Source of the DNA: Methylorubrum extorquens
GTDB lineage: Bacteria > Pseudomonadota > Alphaproteobacteria > Rhizobiales > Beijerinckiaceae
Assembly (NCBI GenBank): GCA_900234795.1
Contig: LT962688.1
Coordinates: forward strand, 2,670,001-2,702,000
Direction of reading: 5' to 3'
DNA length: 32,000 nucleotides
The notes beneath the pieces are model-generated. The model saw only the letters and a program-made list of their open reading frames with translations. It did no database searches and was not told where the DNA came from. The translations under genes were made by a program, and so were the position numbers. Each line of letters opens with the position of its first letter. The stretch's first letter is position 1. Positions 1 through 7,377 of this stretch are shown here, piece by piece.

Positions 1-30
1 GGCGCCTCTCGATCCTGGGTTTGAGGCGCC
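1..30. terminator. GC-rich hairpin at the window edge (perfect 8-bp inverted repeat, 14-nt loop). Possible terminator.
   Basis: Read directly: nt 1-8 (ggcgcctc) are the reverse complement of nt 23-30 (gaggcgcc). On the + strand it is followed by gcgTTTcc. It lies about 50 nt beyond the tspO stop on the minus strand. The U-tract is weak and the window edge cuts off the context. Confidence 0.25.
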
Positions 31-78
31 GCGTTTCCACCAACCGGCGCACCCTTCGTCGGGATGCGCCCTCGAGCC

Positions 79-594
79 TCAGTTCATCTGCCAGATCGTT
101 CCGTTGAGCAGGCAGGCAAACGCCACCCAGGCGGCGTAGGGCACGAGCAGCCACGCCGCGGCCCGGTCGAAGCGCCAGGAGAGGCGGATCGTCCACAAGA
201 TCATCGCGAGCATGGCGAGCGCGACGATCAGCGCGAGGCCGAGCTGGTGGGCGGCGAAGAAGACCGGTGTCCAGGCTGCATTGAGGACGAGCTGGGCGCC
301 GAAGGCGGCGAGTGCCAGCCACCACGCCTTCCGGGCCGGCCCCGGCACCGGGCGCGCGCCGAGCAGCCGCCAGAGCGAGACAGCGATCAGGGTGTAGAGG
401 ACGGTCCAAGCCAGCGGAAACACCCAGTTCGGCGGGTTGAAGGCCGGCTTGCGGATCGTCGTGTACCACTCCTCGATATTGGCGCCGGTCGAGAGCGACC
501 CCACCGCCGTCACCAGGAGGACGGGGAGGATCGCGGCGGCGAGCCGCGGGATCGGCGGCAGGGCCGGCCGCTCGGGGATGTCCAGTGCGCTCAT
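79..594 (-). CDS. tspO: TspO/MBR family tryptophan-rich sensory protein
   Basis: 171-aa ORF, Trp-rich, with about five hydrophobic helices. Segments FNPPNWVFPLAWTVLY, LNAAWTPVFF and LLVPYAAWVAFA are typical of the TspO/MBR family. ATG at 592-594 on the minus strand. Confidence 0.9.
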   Translation of the reverse strand: MSALDIPERPALPPIPRLAAAILPVLLVTAVGSLSTGANIEEWYTTIRKPAFNPPNWVFPLAWTVLYTLIAVSLWRLLGARPVPGPARKAWWLALAAFGAQLVLNAAWTPVFFAAHQLGLALIVALAMLAMILWTIRLSWRFDRAAAWLLVPYAAWVAFACLLNGTIWQMN

Positions 595-691
595 GCGCTG
601 TGCAATGCTCCGTCGCTCATTTCTTCGCCTTGCCCGGTCCGGCGGATTCGCTCAAGCCGACATTGCGATCCGACCTCGAGCAAGGAAACCC

Positions 692-1921
692 ATGAGCCGG
701 TCCAACGCGCCTCACGGCACTTCCGATGCAGCCCCCGATGCAGCCCCCTCGGAGGCGCTGTCGCCCGCGGAATGGCAGCCGGCGACGCTGGCCGCGCAGG
801 CGCTCGGCCGGATCGATCCGGTGACGCGGGCGGTGGTGCCGCCGCTTCATCTCTCCACCACCTATCTGCGCGACGCCGACAACGCCTACCGCTCCGGCTT
901 CGTCTACGCTCGGCCCGACAACGCCACGACGCGCGAGGCGGAGGACGTGATCGCCGCGCTCGAACGGGCGGAAGCGGGCGCCCTCCTGTTCGGCTCCGGC
1001 ATGGCGGCGGCGGCGGCCGTGTTCTGCGCGCTGGAGCGCGGCGACCACGTGATCGCGCCTGAAGTCATGTATTGGGGGCTGCGTCGCTGGCTGCGGCAGG
1101 AGGCGCCGCGCCTCGACCTCGCGGTCGATTTCGTGCCGATGGACGACCCCGAGGCCGTGCGTGCCGCGATCCGGCCCGGCAAGACCCGGCTCGTCTGGAT
1201 CGAGACGCCGGGCAACCCGCTCTGCACGGTCGCCGACATTGCCCGCATCGTCGAGATCGCCCATGCCGCCGGGGCGCGGGTCGCCGTGGACTCGACCGCC
1301 GCGAGCCCGATCCTGACCCGGCCGCTGACGCTCGGGGCCGACATCGTGATGCATTCGGCCACCAAGATTCTGAACGGCCATTCCGACGTGGTGGCTGGCG
1401 TCCTGGCCGGGGCGCGGAAGGATGCGTTCTGGGATCGCCTCGTGGCGATCCGCGGCGGCTGGGGCGCCATCCTCGGCCCCTTCGAAGCTTACCTGCTGAT
1501 GCGAGGCTTGCGCACGCTGCCCTTGCGCGCCGCCGCCCAGAGCGCCGGGGCGCTCCACCTCGCGCAGCGTCTCTCCGCGCATCCGCTCGTGAGTGCTGTG
1601 CTCTATCCGGGGTTGCCCGACCATCCCGGCCATGCGGTGGCCGCGCGGCAGATGACGGGTGGGTTCGGCTACATGCTCTCGATCCGCGTGGCCGGCGGCG
1701 AGTCTGCGGCGATCGAGACCGCCGCGCGGGTGGCTCTGTGGAAGCGGGCAACCTCGCTCGGCGGCGTGGAAAGCCTCATCGAGCACCGCGCCTCCGTCGA
1801 GGGGCCGGGCACCCCCTGCCCGCCCGACCTGTTGCGCCTCTCCACCGGCATCGAAGATCCGGATGACCTGCTTCGCGATCTCGACGCCGCTCTGACGGGC
1901 GCGCATCGGCCGACCGAGTGA
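692..1921 (+). CDS. Cys/Met-metabolism PLP-dependent enzyme (cystathionine gamma-synthase/gamma-lyase family)
   Basis: An in-frame ATG at 692 is preceded by AAGGAA. PLP-lysine motif SATKILNGHSD. The family-typical C-terminal block LGGVESLIEHRAS...LLRLSTGIED is present. The ORF stretch upstream of 692 is antisense to tspO and was rejected. Confidence 0.9.
   Translation: MSRSNAPHGTSDAAPDAAPSEALSPAEWQPATLAAQALGRIDPVTRAVVPPLHLSTTYLRDADNAYRSGFVYARPDNATTREAEDVIAALERAEAGALLFGSGMAAAAAVFCALERGDHVIAPEVMYWGLRRWLRQEAPRLDLAVDFVPMDDPEAVRAAIRPGKTRLVWIETPGNPLCTVADIARIVEIAHAAGARVAVDSTAASPILTRPLTLGADIVMHSATKILNGHSDVVAGVLAGARKDAFWDRLVAIRGGWGAILGPFEAYLLMRGLRTLPLRAAAQSAGALHLAQRLSAHPLVSAVLYPGLPDHPGHAVAARQMTGGFGYMLSIRVAGGESAAIETAARVALWKRATSLGGVESLIEHRASVEGPGTPCPPDLLRLSTGIEDPDDLLRDLDAALTGAHRPTE
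723..746 (+). repeat. Perfect 12-bp tandem duplication (ccgatgcagccc x2) inside the CDS
   Basis: Read directly: 723-734 equals 735-746. It is in frame and encodes DAAP-DAAP in the N-terminal tail of the PLP enzyme. Confidence 0.9.
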
Positions 1922-2010
1922 CGCAGTTCCGAATTGTGTGAAGGCGCGTGGCTGTTGCGGGGCTCCGTGCGTTGTCGGGTCTACGAGCCCCCAACGGGAC
2001 GAAAACCGCC

Positions 2011-2517
2011 ATGATGAACCGTACGCCCCTCCTCCTTGCCGCGCTGTCCCTTGGCCTTGTCTGCGGCGCAGCGCGGGCTGAGGATGGACCGCCGAAGCTC
2101 GACGTCGCGGCGACCTGCCAATCGGCCCAGCGGGTGCAGAAGACGCTCAGCGACAATGTCAGCGCGGATGCCTGCCTCAATTCCGAGCGCGGCGCCGAGC
2201 GGGATCTGAAGAAGCGCTGGAGCGAGTTTCCGGCCGCGGCCAGGACGCAATGCACGCAGCAATTCCAGGCCGGTGGCTTCCCGTCCTATGTCGAACTGCT
2301 GACTTGCCTCGAACTGGCAAGCGGCGCGGTCCCGACACAGCCCGCTCTCTCGACTCTGCGGGGAAGTCCGATGGCGGCGGTGCAGCCAGCCGCGGCGACA
2401 GGAAGGGTGGGAGCACCCTCACCCGCGAGCCGGCGCCCACCCAGCGCACCAACCCGATCGAGGTGCTCCAGGGCAAGTAGCCCAGCGGCTTATCCGCGCC
2501 GACCTATGAGCGTATGA
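2011..2517 (+). CDS. Small secreted Cys-containing hypothetical protein. The 3' end is probably mis-framed.
   Basis: ATGATG at 2011 gives the signal peptide MMNRTPLLLAALSLGLVCGAARA/ED. The mature part has 4 Cys. G/C third-position bias is strong to about 2360, then collapses in this frame. The -1 frame, which ends at TAG 2478-2480, has near-uniform GC3 from about 2390. The true end is therefore probably 2480 after a 1-nt indel. Confidence 0.6.
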   Translation: MMNRTPLLLAALSLGLVCGAARAEDGPPKLDVAATCQSAQRVQKTLSDNVSADACLNSERGAERDLKKRWSEFPAAARTQCTQQFQAGGFPSYVELLTCLELASGAVPTQPALSTLRGSPMAAVQPAAATGRVGAPSPASRRPPSAPTRSRCSRASSPAAYPRRPMSV

Positions 2518-2538
2518 GCGCCGAGGGCTGCGCCCTCA

Positions 2539-2563
2539 CGCCGAAGCCGAATTCCCTTCGGCG
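2539..2563. terminator. Hairpin between convergent genes (8-bp stem cgccgaag/cttcggcg, 9-nt loop)
   Basis: Read directly. It lies 9 nt beyond the stop (2572-2574) of the shifted opgH C-terminal frame, and downstream of the + strand small-protein gene. There is no clear U-tract. Confidence 0.35.
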
Positions 2564-2571
2564 CGGAAGGC

Positions 2572-2898
2572 TCAGCGCAGGGTCGGCGCGCTCGCCTCGT
2601 CGATGGTCACCGGGAGCCACGGGGACGGCGCGGCGGTGATCGCCGCCGGCTCGGCACCGGCGGTGCGGGTTTGGTGCAGTTCAAGCAGTTCCGGAGCCGG
2701 GCGCGTGTCGTCCTCGGTGAGGAAGAGGCCGCGCGCCTTCGACCCGAGGCCGAGGCGGGTGCTGCTGGTGAGCACGCTCTGGAACGGGCTCGTCAGCAAA
2801 GCGAGGGCGACCGGCGCCATCCACAGGGCAAGCCAGGAATTGCCGAAGGCGAGCAGCACGGTAAGCGCCCCCGCCCGCCGCGACCGCGTCGCTTTGAA
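2572..2898 (-). other. opgH: Out-of-frame C-terminal segment of opgH (about 108 codons, +1 relative to the main ORF)
   Basis: Third positions are almost all G/C in this frame. The main opgH frame loses that bias below about 2900. The translation ...WMAPVALALLTSPFQSVLTSSTRLGLGSKARGLFLTEDDTRPAPELL resembles the conserved OpgH C-terminal region. Confidence 0.7.
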
Positions 2899-4504
2899 GG
2901 CGGAACGCCTCACGCCACGGCACGCTGCGATCGTCGCGGGACTGCGTGTCCCAGCGAACCACCCGCCCGAACACGGTCGTCACCACGGCGCCCGCCGCGA
3001 ACAGTGCCATCACCGGCCAGAGCAAGATCCAGATCGCCTGTTCGAGCGCCGCGCTGACCAGCAGCGAGCGGGTGCCGCCGAAATCCGCCCGGCGCCGGGG
3101 CGAGGCGAGGACGTAGCCGAGGCTCAGGAGCTTCGGCAGTGCCATCACCGCGATGACGAGGGCGGCGAGCGCCCAGGCCGCCGCGTTGCCGCCGTCGAGG
3201 CCGTAGCCGATCAGCCCGAGTTCGCCGGAGCGCACCGCCTGCCACGTGCCGAGCCCGAGGAAGGCAATCCAGAGCGGATAGACGCAGTAGCCGAGGATAC
3301 CCACGCCGAGATGCCAGCGGCTGGCGCCGAGCAGCCCCTTCATCGTCAGCACGCGGAGATGCTGCAGGTTGCCCTGGCACCAGCGCCGCTCGCGCCCGAG
3401 CAGGTCGATGAGGTTGGTCGGCATTTCCTCCCAGGTGCCGCCCATCTCCGGCAGCAGGCGCACGTCCCAGCCGGCGCGGCGCAGCAGCGCCCCCTCGACG
3501 ATATCGTGGCAGAGGATCTCGCCGCCCAAAGGCGGCTTGCCGGAGAGGACCGGAAGCTCGGCGTTGTTGGCGAACGCCTCCACGCGCAGGATCGCGTTGT
3601 GGCCCCAGTAGGAGCCGTCCGGACCCTGCCACGTCTCGAGGCAGCGCAGGGAGAGCGGCGCGTAGAGGCGCACGGCGAATTGCTGGATACGCGCGAACAG
3701 CGTGTCGCGGCCGGCGGCGTAGGAGACGGTCTGGATCAGGCCGGTGCGCGGGTTCTCTTCCATCAGCCGGGCGAGCCGGCGCATGGCGGCGCCGGTCATC
3801 AGGCTGTCGGCGTCGAGCACGATCATGAAGTCGTATTCGTGCCCGTAGGTGGCGCAGAACTCGGCAATGTTGCCGGCCTTGCGGCCGGAATTGTCGGCGC
3901 GGCGGCGGTAGCGGATGCGCGGCATGCCGCGGCCTTCGCGCTGGCTCCAGGCCTGGATGCGGGCGAATTCGTGCTCCTCGACCGCGCTGATCGCGCCCTC
4001 GCGGGTATCGGAGAGGACGAAGATGTCGATGTCCGAACCGTCGCCGCCCTCGCGCTGGAGCGAGCGGGCCATGACCCGGATCGCGGAGAACACCGCGAGC
4101 GGGTCCTCGGCATGGATCGCCACCACCGCCGCCGTGCGGCTGAGGCCCGTGGGACGGGTCGAAATCGTCGCGGCGCGGCGCTCCAGCGCGGACAGGGCGC
4201 GGTCGCCCATCAGTGCGGCGATGAGCCCGTAGAGATACTGCCACGCGGTGAAGCTCTGCCACGCCATCAGCACGACGAAGAGCCCGAGCACGGCGCGCCC
4301 GAGCCATGTCTCCGGCACGCCGTAGGCCGCGAGCGCCAAGGCGGCGATGACCGCGGCGAGGGCCAGCGTCGGCCCGGCCAGCGCGAGGCGGCGCAGGCGG
4401 AACGAGGCCGGCCGCGGCGCGGGGCCCGCGCCCCTCGGCCGGGTTCCACCCTCGTCCCCCGCCTCGACGGAGCGTTCAGCCTGCGGCAAGTCTGGGCTGG
4501 ACAT
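2681..4504 (-). CDS. opgH: Glucans biosynthesis glucosyltransferase H (OpgH/MdoH). The main frame is genuine only down to about 2900.
   Basis: Family-2 glycosyltransferase core: DIDIFVLSDTRE, MIVLDADSLM, LCHDIVEGALLRRAGW and the Q/RxxRW-type motif GRERRWCQGNLQH. It is flanked by multiple TM helices. The start was taken at ATG 4502-4504. There is no clear SD, and in-frame ATGs also occur at 4588 and 4603. The last ~70 codons of this ORF, down to 2681, look non-coding. Confidence 0.85.
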   Translation of the reverse strand: MSSPDLPQAERSVEAGDEGGTRPRGAGPAPRPASFRLRRLALAGPTLALAAVIAALALAAYGVPETWLGRAVLGLFVVLMAWQSFTAWQYLYGLIAALMGDRALSALERRAATISTRPTGLSRTAAVVAIHAEDPLAVFSAIRVMARSLQREGGDGSDIDIFVLSDTREGAISAVEEHEFARIQAWSQREGRGMPRIRYRRRADNSGRKAGNIAEFCATYGHEYDFMIVLDADSLMTGAAMRRLARLMEENPRTGLIQTVSYAAGRDTLFARIQQFAVRLYAPLSLRCLETWQGPDGSYWGHNAILRVEAFANNAELPVLSGKPPLGGEILCHDIVEGALLRRAGWDVRLLPEMGGTWEEMPTNLIDLLGRERRWCQGNLQHLRVLTMKGLLGASRWHLGVGILGYCVYPLWIAFLGLGTWQAVRSGELGLIGYGLDGGNAAAWALAALVIAVMALPKLLSLGYVLASPRRRADFGGTRSLLVSAALEQAIWILLWPVMALFAAGAVVTTVFGRVVRWDTQSRDDRSVPWREAFRLQSDAVAAGGGAYRAARLRQFLACPVDGAGRPRFADEPVPERAHQQHPPRPRVEGARPLPHRGRHAPGSGTA

Positions 4505-4538
4505 GATCGGCGTCGACACTCGCGGGAGGGATGAACGG

Positions 4539-6215
4539 ATGGCAGGACCGTCGGACGCGGACAACGAGGCGCCCGAAGAAATCGACATTTCGCGGCGCGC
4601 CATCGTCCGTGGCGCTTTTCGAGGTGCTCTTGCCGGTACGGCCGGCTTGAGCATTCCTGGCCTCTTCGACCTGAATGCCGCCAGAACGATGGCTCAAACG
4701 GTGCCAAACGCCTCACCCCCAGCGCCCTTTGATGCGCGTCCGGTCACCTTCGAGGCGGTGGCCGCACGGGCCGAGCGGCTGGCGGCGCAGGTTTACGCGC
4801 CGCCGAACAACCCCCTGCCGCCGGAGCTGGCCGAGCTCGACTACGACGCGTTCCAAGCGATCTGCTTCCGATCCGAGGCGACGGTCCCACTCGGGCCCCG
4901 CTTCTCGATGCAGCCGTTCCACCGCGGCAACCTGCACGCCAAGCGGGTGGAGATCTTTCTGCAATCGCCCGAGGGCGTGCGCCCCTTCGGCTACGATCCG
5001 GACCTGTTCGATCTCGGACCGGCCTTGCAGGGCCGCCGCTATCCCGCCTCGCTCGGCTATGCCGGCTTTCGCATCGCCCATGGGTTCGATGCGAGCCGGC
5101 CGCAGGCCCACGAGGAATTCCTGGTCTTCCTCGGTGCCTCCTATTTCCGCATCCGCGGCCGGGGGCAGATCTACGGCCTCTCGGCCCGCGGCATCGCCGT
5201 GAATACGGGATTGCCGCAGGGCGAGGAGTTTCCCGATTTCACCAGCTTCTGGATCGAGGCGCCGCAGGGCGACGCGGCGTCGATCACGATTTTCGCGCTG
5301 CTCGACGGTCCGAGCCTGACGGGCGCCTACCGCTTTGCCGTCACGCCGGGCGATCCGTCCCATGTCGCAGTCGAAGCCGCCCTGTTTCCGCGCCGTCCGA
5401 TCGCGGCGCTCGGCCTCGCGCCGCTCACCAGCATGTTCCTGTTCGGCGAGAACGGGCCGGGCGTACGCCGCGCCGAGCCGTTCGACGATTTTCGCCCGCA
5501 GGTGCACGATTCGGACGGGCTGGTGGTGCAGACACCCAGTGACCGGTTGTGGCGGCCCCTCGTCAACGGCCGGCCCGCGCCGCAGATCTCGTCGTTCCGC
5601 GCGGATCCACTCGAAGGCTTCGGGCTGCTGCAGCGGGAACGGCACTTTGCCGCCTATCTCGACGTGCAGGCGCAGCACGAGGACCGGCCGGGCCTGTGGG
5701 TGACGCCGCAGGACGGCTTCGGCGCGGGCGCGGTGCGGCTGTTCGAGATTCCCTCGCGCACGGAGGCGACCGACAACATCGTCGCCGCCTTCGTGCGCGA
5801 GGCGCCCGTCGCGGCGGGCAAGACGCTGCGGCTCGCCTATTCCCTCGTCACGGTCGGTGCCGAGCCGGCGCCGGCCCTTGCGCCGCCGCTCGCCCGTGTG
5901 GTTTCGACACGCATCGGTTCGGCCGAGCGTCTGCGCCCGACCGATCCACCGTCGCCGCAGCGCCGCCTCTACGCCATCGACTTCGAGGGGCCGGGCCTGC
6001 CCGACGACCCGAAGGCGGCCATCGACGTGGCGCTCTTGGCGAGTGCGGGCGCGCTGGTCGAGCCCTATGCCGAGCGGGTGCCGCAGACCGGCGGCTGGCG
6101 CCTCTATGCCGAGTTCCGGCCGCCCGATCCGTGGCCCGCGGGGGACGTGGTGCTGCGTGCCCGCCTCTCGCATGCGGGTCGCGTCATCACCGAGACGTGG
6201 GACGCCGTCGCCTGA
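4539..6215 (+). CDS. opgD: Periplasmic glucan biosynthesis protein, OpgG/OpgD family, with a Tat-type signal
   Basis: SD GGGAGGG sits 8 nt upstream of ATG 4539. Twin-arginine signal ISRRAIVRGAFRGALAGTAGL. The length (558 aa) and blocks such as FLGASYFRIRG fit the MdoG/MdoD family. The opgD symbol rests only on the Tat signal. Confidence 0.85.
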   Translation: MAGPSDADNEAPEEIDISRRAIVRGAFRGALAGTAGLSIPGLFDLNAARTMAQTVPNASPPAPFDARPVTFEAVAARAERLAAQVYAPPNNPLPPELAELDYDAFQAICFRSEATVPLGPRFSMQPFHRGNLHAKRVEIFLQSPEGVRPFGYDPDLFDLGPALQGRRYPASLGYAGFRIAHGFDASRPQAHEEFLVFLGASYFRIRGRGQIYGLSARGIAVNTGLPQGEEFPDFTSFWIEAPQGDAASITIFALLDGPSLTGAYRFAVTPGDPSHVAVEAALFPRRPIAALGLAPLTSMFLFGENGPGVRRAEPFDDFRPQVHDSDGLVVQTPSDRLWRPLVNGRPAPQISSFRADPLEGFGLLQRERHFAAYLDVQAQHEDRPGLWVTPQDGFGAGAVRLFEIPSRTEATDNIVAAFVREAPVAAGKTLRLAYSLVTVGAEPAPALAPPLARVVSTRIGSAERLRPTDPPSPQRRLYAIDFEGPGLPDDPKAAIDVALLASAGALVEPYAERVPQTGGWRLYAEFRPPDPWPAGDVVLRARLSHAGRVITETWDAVA

Positions 6216-6221
6216 CGCCGA

Positions 6222-6248
6222 TGAACTGGGCAGGGTCGCCGGCTGTTA
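6222..6248 (+). promoter_or_regulatory. Candidate EcfG (general stress sigma) type promoter upstream of the PRC-barrel gene
   Basis: tGAAC (6222-6226), then 17 nt, then tGTT (6244-6247). The alphaproteobacterial EcfG consensus is GGAAC-N16-17-CGTT. The core GAAC and GTT are present at the right spacing, about 36 nt before ATG 6284. There are two mismatches. Confidence 0.3.
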
Positions 6249-6283
6249 ACGGGGCACCAGCACGTCCGAACCCGGAGTCAGGG

Positions 6284-6928
6284 ATGCGTCCCAACTTGTC
6301 CAGCGTCCCGCGATCCGCGCTCGCCGCCCTTGCCCTCGCACTCGCGGTTGCCCCGCTCCCTGCCCTCGCCGAGACGGCGCCGGCCGGGCCGGCGGCCGCC
6401 CGCTTCGTCGAACGGCCCGAGGTGGGCACGATGCGCGCCTCGAAGGTGATCGGCGTCGCTGTGGTCGGCGCGGACCATGTCCAGGTCGGCAAGATCGAGG
6501 ACGTGCTCGTGGACGGCACCGGCCGCATCCAGGCGGTGGTGATCGGCGTCGGCGGTTTCCTCGGCGTCGGCGAAAAATACGTTGCGGTGCCCTTCGACCA
6601 GCTCGCCTGGAATTTCGAGGACGTGTCGCTCACCGGCGGGACGTCCTCGGTGGTGACGCCGGACAACGCACCGAGCGAGAAGGCCGCCGACAAGGCCAGC
6701 GCGGAGACGATGCCGGGCTCGAACGTGTCCCCCGAGGTGCTGGGCGCGGTGCAGAACCAGCATAGCGGTCGCGTCACCGAGTCGACCGGTTCGGTCGAGC
6801 CGAAGCGGCCGAGTTCCACGCCCGCGACGGTGCTCGTGGGTCACGACCTGATTCACGCCGAAGTGCGCCTGACCAAGGCACAGCTCAACGACGCGCCGGC
6901 CTTCCAGTTCGAGAAGGCGAAGCAGTAA
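6284..6928 (+). CDS. PRC-barrel domain protein with signal peptide
   Basis: ATG 6284. Signal peptide ...ALALAVAPLPALA/ET. PRC-barrel core ASKVIGVAVVGADHVQVGKIEDVLVDGTGRIQAVVIGVGGFLGVGEKYVAVPF. A second partial barrel lies at the C-terminus (LIHAEVRLTKAQLNDAPAF). Confidence 0.8.
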   Translation: MRPNLSSVPRSALAALALALAVAPLPALAETAPAGPAAARFVERPEVGTMRASKVIGVAVVGADHVQVGKIEDVLVDGTGRIQAVVIGVGGFLGVGEKYVAVPFDQLAWNFEDVSLTGGTSSVVTPDNAPSEKAADKASAETMPGSNVSPEVLGAVQNQHSGRVTESTGSVEPKRPSSTPATVLVGHDLIHAEVRLTKAQLNDAPAFQFEKAKQ

Positions 6929-6971
6929 CCGCCTCCGCCCGGGCGGCCTGAATCTTTGGAGTTTGCGTATC

Positions 6972-7208
6972 ATGAGACACGCCGCCCTCGCCCTGACGGT
7001 CTGGTTCGCCGGACTTCATGCGGCCCTCGCCCAGGCGACCAACCCTGCCCCGCCGATTCCGGAATCGGGGCCGTCCGGCTCCAGTTCGGGCGCGGCGACG
7101 TCCGCGGCCACCGATTTCAACTGGGTCTGGGTGAGCGTGCTGATCGCGCTCGCGGTGCTTGCCCTGTGGATGTTCGCCCGCAAGCGTCAGTCCGGCCCGC
7201 CGCGGTAG
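6972..7208 (+). CDS. Small (78 aa) exported, C-terminally membrane-anchored hypothetical protein
   Basis: ATG 6972 has TGGAG 10 nt upstream. High GC3 throughout. N-terminal signal MRHAALALTVWFAGLHAALA/QA, a Ser/Gly/Pro-rich linker, and a C-terminal TM helix WVWVSVLIALAVLALWMF followed by ARKRQ. Confidence 0.6.
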   Translation: MRHAALALTVWFAGLHAALAQATNPAPPIPESGPSGSSSGAATSAATDFNWVWVSVLIALAVLALWMFARKRQSGPPR

Positions 7209-7245
7209 AAACGGGACCGACGCGACCTTCCTATCCAACCCTCGT

Positions 7246-7353
7246 CCTCACCCTGAGGTGGCGGCGCGAAGCGTCGCCCTCGAAGGGTCCTCCAGTAAGC
7301 ATACGGGAACGAGAGGATCCTTCGAGGCCGCTGCGCGGCACTTCAGGATGAGG
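7246..7353. repeat. REP-like nested imperfect palindrome between convergent genes
   Basis: The left arm is 7246-7292 (cctcaccctgaggtg...cctcgaagggtcctc). The right arm is 7313-7353, whose reverse complement reads cctcatcctgaagtg...cctcgaaggatcctc. Each arm carries its own internal GC hairpin (ggcggcgc-gaa-gcgtcgcc and ccgc-gca-gcgg). This resembles the abundant intergenic palindromic repeats of Methylobacterium-type genomes. It could also act as a bidirectional terminator. Confidence 0.5.
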
Positions 7354-7377
7354 CAGTGCACGGGAGGTGGACGGTCG

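Noticed and set aside
64-1906. Long ORFs 64-1062 (+) and 617-1906 (-) overlapping tspO and the PLP enzyme gene
   Set aside because: Both are antisense or out of frame relative to genes with clear family motifs. Their products are Arg/Gly/Pro-rich low complexity.
2890-2910. Programmed +1 ribosomal frameshift in opgH
   Set aside because: There is no recognisable slippery or rare-codon/stop context (the sequence is ...GCG TTC CGC C TTC AAA...). A second unrelated frame break lies about 400 bp away. A sequencing indel or a mutation is the simpler explanation.
2603-4534. 643-aa ORF on the + strand across the opgH locus
   Set aside because: It is antisense to a gene with clear glycosyltransferase motifs. 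The product is Arg/Ala/Gly/Pro-rich with no recognisable domain and poor third-position G/C bias. This is a typical shadow ORF of GC-rich DNA.
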